Shown here: positions 51,352 through 53,825 of the stretch, one piece after another
Position numbering within the stretch: the stretch's first letter is position 1
Layout of the letters: every line of letters begins with the position of its first letter
Assembly: GCF_001194135.2 (NCBI RefSeq)
Contig: NC_068981.1
Location: 84,909,380 to 84,963,204 of the forward strand
Source of the DNA: Octopus bimaculoides
Taxonomy: Eukaryota
Direction: 5' to 3'
Length of the DNA stretch: 53,825 bases
Translations under genes and position numbers: made by a program
Notes under the pieces: model-generated
The model's input: only the letters and a program-made list of their open reading frames with translations
Told to the model about the DNA's origin: nothing
Database searches by the model: none

Positions 51352-53375
51352 TATATACATATAGAGAGAATTCACAAAAAACAACAGACGAAGACAGGCG
51401 GTGTAGAAAACAAACAGATGTATTAGTATAACGTTCGGGAGTTGAAAAAGTCTTTAACGTTTCGAGCCTACGCTCTTCCACAGAAAGGAACACAGAAAGA
51501 AACAAGGAGAGAAAAAAGGTGTGTAGTGGTTAGCGATTTATCATGGTGAATGCCGGACAGAAGGGTCACACAGGAGAGCTAAGAAGAAGTGGAGATAACA
51601 AAGTAATAGTGATCCCAAAACGAAGGAGCGCGTAAGAGAGTGCTGGTGATCTTGACGTGTGCATGTGTGTATGTGTAGGTGTGAAAATGTGGGGATGGGA
51701 ATTCGTCAGTGCTGGTGTGTGTGTGGTGGTGTGTTGTGATGTGATGTGTTGTGTGGTATGGTGTAGTGTGGTGTGGTGTGATGGTGTTGGGAGGTGGGGG
51801 CGAGAGGGAGAAAGCATGGATGGGTGTGGGTTNNNNNNNNNNNNNNNNNNNNNNNNNNNNNNNNNNNNNNNNNNNNNNNNNNNNNNNNNNNNNNNNNNNN
51901 NNNNNNNNNNNNNNNNNNNNNNNNNNNNNNNNNNNNNNNNNNNNNNNNNNNNNNNNNNNNNNNNNNNNNNNNNNNNNNNNNNNNNNNNNNNNNNNNNNNN
52001 NNNNNNNNNNNNNNNNNNNNNNNNNNNNNNNNNNNNNNNNNNNNNNNGGGTAGGAGTGTGTAGAGGTGGGGTGGGCTTATGATGGAGGGTTGACGATGAA
52101 GGGGGGAGGGGAAGGTGGGTATGAGAGAAAGAGAGTAAGAGAGAAGAGAGAAAGAAAGTAGGGGTGAAGAGAAGTAGGAGTCGGAGCAAGAGAGGAGAGG
52201 TGGGTGGGAGGAGGTTAGATGAAGAAGGGAGGAGGGTTGAGCCCATGTGGCGCAAAGGAGCGATGATAGAAAATTAATCCCTGTTCACGGCCCAAACGGG
52301 AGTCTGGATAACCCCTGTGCAAGGACAATCCTAACACGGACAGGTGTTGCAAAGAGTGACCGGTAGAGCGGAAATGGCGTGAGACCGGGGTGTCATTGCC
52401 AAGGTGGATGTCTCGGAGGTGTTCCACGAACCGGTCAGCCAAGCGGCGTCCCGTTTGTCCGATGTACAGAGAATGGCACAGAGAGAGCAAGAGATGCAAT
52501 AGATGATATTGGTGGAAGTACAGTTGAAGGAGTCGGTGATGTGATAGGGTCGATGATGGGTGCCTGTGAAGAGGGTGGTGTTGGAGAGGTAAGGGCAAGT
52601 GCGGCAGCGTGGGCGGGAGCAGGGGAACGAGCCAGGTTGGGAGGTTGGGTTGGGGAAGAAGCTGTGGACCTAGAGGTTTCGTAGGTTGTGGGTTCGTTTG
52701 AAGGAGGGAGGGGTCAGTTAGGGAAGATGTGTGAAGTGGAGGGGTCGGACTGGAGACGGAAAGCTCGGAGAATGATGCGATGGAGAGGTAGGGTGGTGAG
52801 GTGGTAGGTGAGGGAAAAAGGGAGGTGGGAGACGGCAGGGCGGGTTTAGGGAAGAGAGCAGATGCACGGTCCATCGAACGTGCTCTGGCAAGGGCGGTGT
52901 GGATAGTGGTGAGGGGATATCCACGTAGGATGAAGTGGCGAGCCATGAGTTGAGACTGAGTCTGAAAGTCATGCGTAGACGGAGGAATTGGGAATAGGGG
53001 ATGGAAGGCTTATGAGTGTGAGTCTGTGTGTTTATAGTAGATGGAGGTGGTAAGAGTGGAGTGATGAATGCTAACCGAAATGTCAAGAAAGGAGACAGAG
53101 GTGTCAGAGATAGTGCAGTAGAAGTGGAGGGCAGGATGGAAAGATTTGACAAAAGAGAGGAAGGAATCTAGATGTTCGCGGGAGAGTGAGGTTGCACCGA
53201 TATAGTTGTCAATATAACGGCCATATAGTTTGGGAGTGGGACCAGTGAAACTTGAGAATATTTGGGCCTCAACATAGCCAACGAACAGGTTCGCATAGTT
53301 GGGGCCCATTCTCGTTCCCTTGGCCACTCCCGAGAACTGCTGGTAGAAATCGCCCGCGAACGAGAAGCAGTTGAG
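51350..53375 (-). mobile_element. Penelope-like retroelement, second family (RT fragment, GIY-YIG, terminal repeat)
   Basis: KGTRMGPNYANLFVGYVE, LYGRYIDNYIG, TSIYYKHTDSH, LYIGQTGRRLADRFVEHLRDI...PVSRHF; followed by a repeat carrying a hammerhead-like motif. Confidence 0.9.
51452..51487 (-). ncRNA. Minimal hammerhead-like motif at the 3' end of a Penelope-like element
   Basis: Minus strand reads CTTT-CTGTGGA-A-GAGC-GTAG-GCTC-GAAA-CGTT-AAAG, downstream of the GIY-YIG ORF remnant. Confidence 0.55.
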
Positions 53376-53825
53376 TGATGTCTCATACTTAATGCATATA
53401 CACCGTTGACAGGCCAGCTATTGCGGTATTAGTCCTAAGGTGATATCTCTTAAATAAGAATTCGTCACCATCAATATAAGAAGCACTCATTAATGTTGCA
53501 GATAGTCGTACGGCTGAACAAAGATCCAGTGAACTCAAATGAGGTGGTTTTAAATTACAATGACCATCTATATCTCATATACATGAATCATCGTAAAGCC
53601 GTACGATATTAAATGAAAGTTCTAAGTTTTCTTCAGGTTTAAGTTACGGTTGTAACACCGAACAAGGTATTGGTTTTCATAGTTAGCATTTTATTCTATT
53701 TAAAGACGGGAAGAGTATAGAAGTATTATTCGGTAGCCATGATAAAACTCCGAGTTTCGGATGTCGGTGCGGAAACTCACGCCGCCATGTATGTGTGTAT
53801 GTGGGTATGCGGGTATATATATAAA

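Noticed and set aside
48820-53825. Search for upstream carbonic anhydrase exons (His ligands, LAVLG motif)
   Set aside because: None recognised; the frame near 53380-53515 has no CA similarity. They may lie in gaps or beyond the window.

Overview
AT-rich eukaryotic scaffold window with many N gaps. The dense (AC)n/(AT)n/(ATT)n microsatellites and tRNA-derived SINEs point to a cephalopod, probably Octopus (inference). Two host genes face each other. (1) Plus strand, 7 exons, 6018-23063: a Pif/BMSP-like extracellular matrix protein whose 5' end is missing. It has two chitin-binding (CBM14) exons, one 1.75-kb exon of 23-aa C-x10-C-x-C-x3-C-x5 repeats resembling Balbiani-ring/silk repeats, and a C-terminal LamG-like domain. 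(2) Minus strand: the last two exons (48645-48808, 47490-47654) of an alpha-carbonic anhydrase with a GPI-type tail. The rest is mostly mobile DNA: three types of Penelope-like element, HERO, R4/Dong-like and CR1-like LINE relics, a gag-only zinc-knuckle element between two SINE copies, mariner- and piggyBac-type MITEs, and four SINE families. At least four minimal hammerhead-ribozyme-like motifs were found, one with a compensated U3-A8 core. All calls come from manual translation and motif recognition; no database searches were run.
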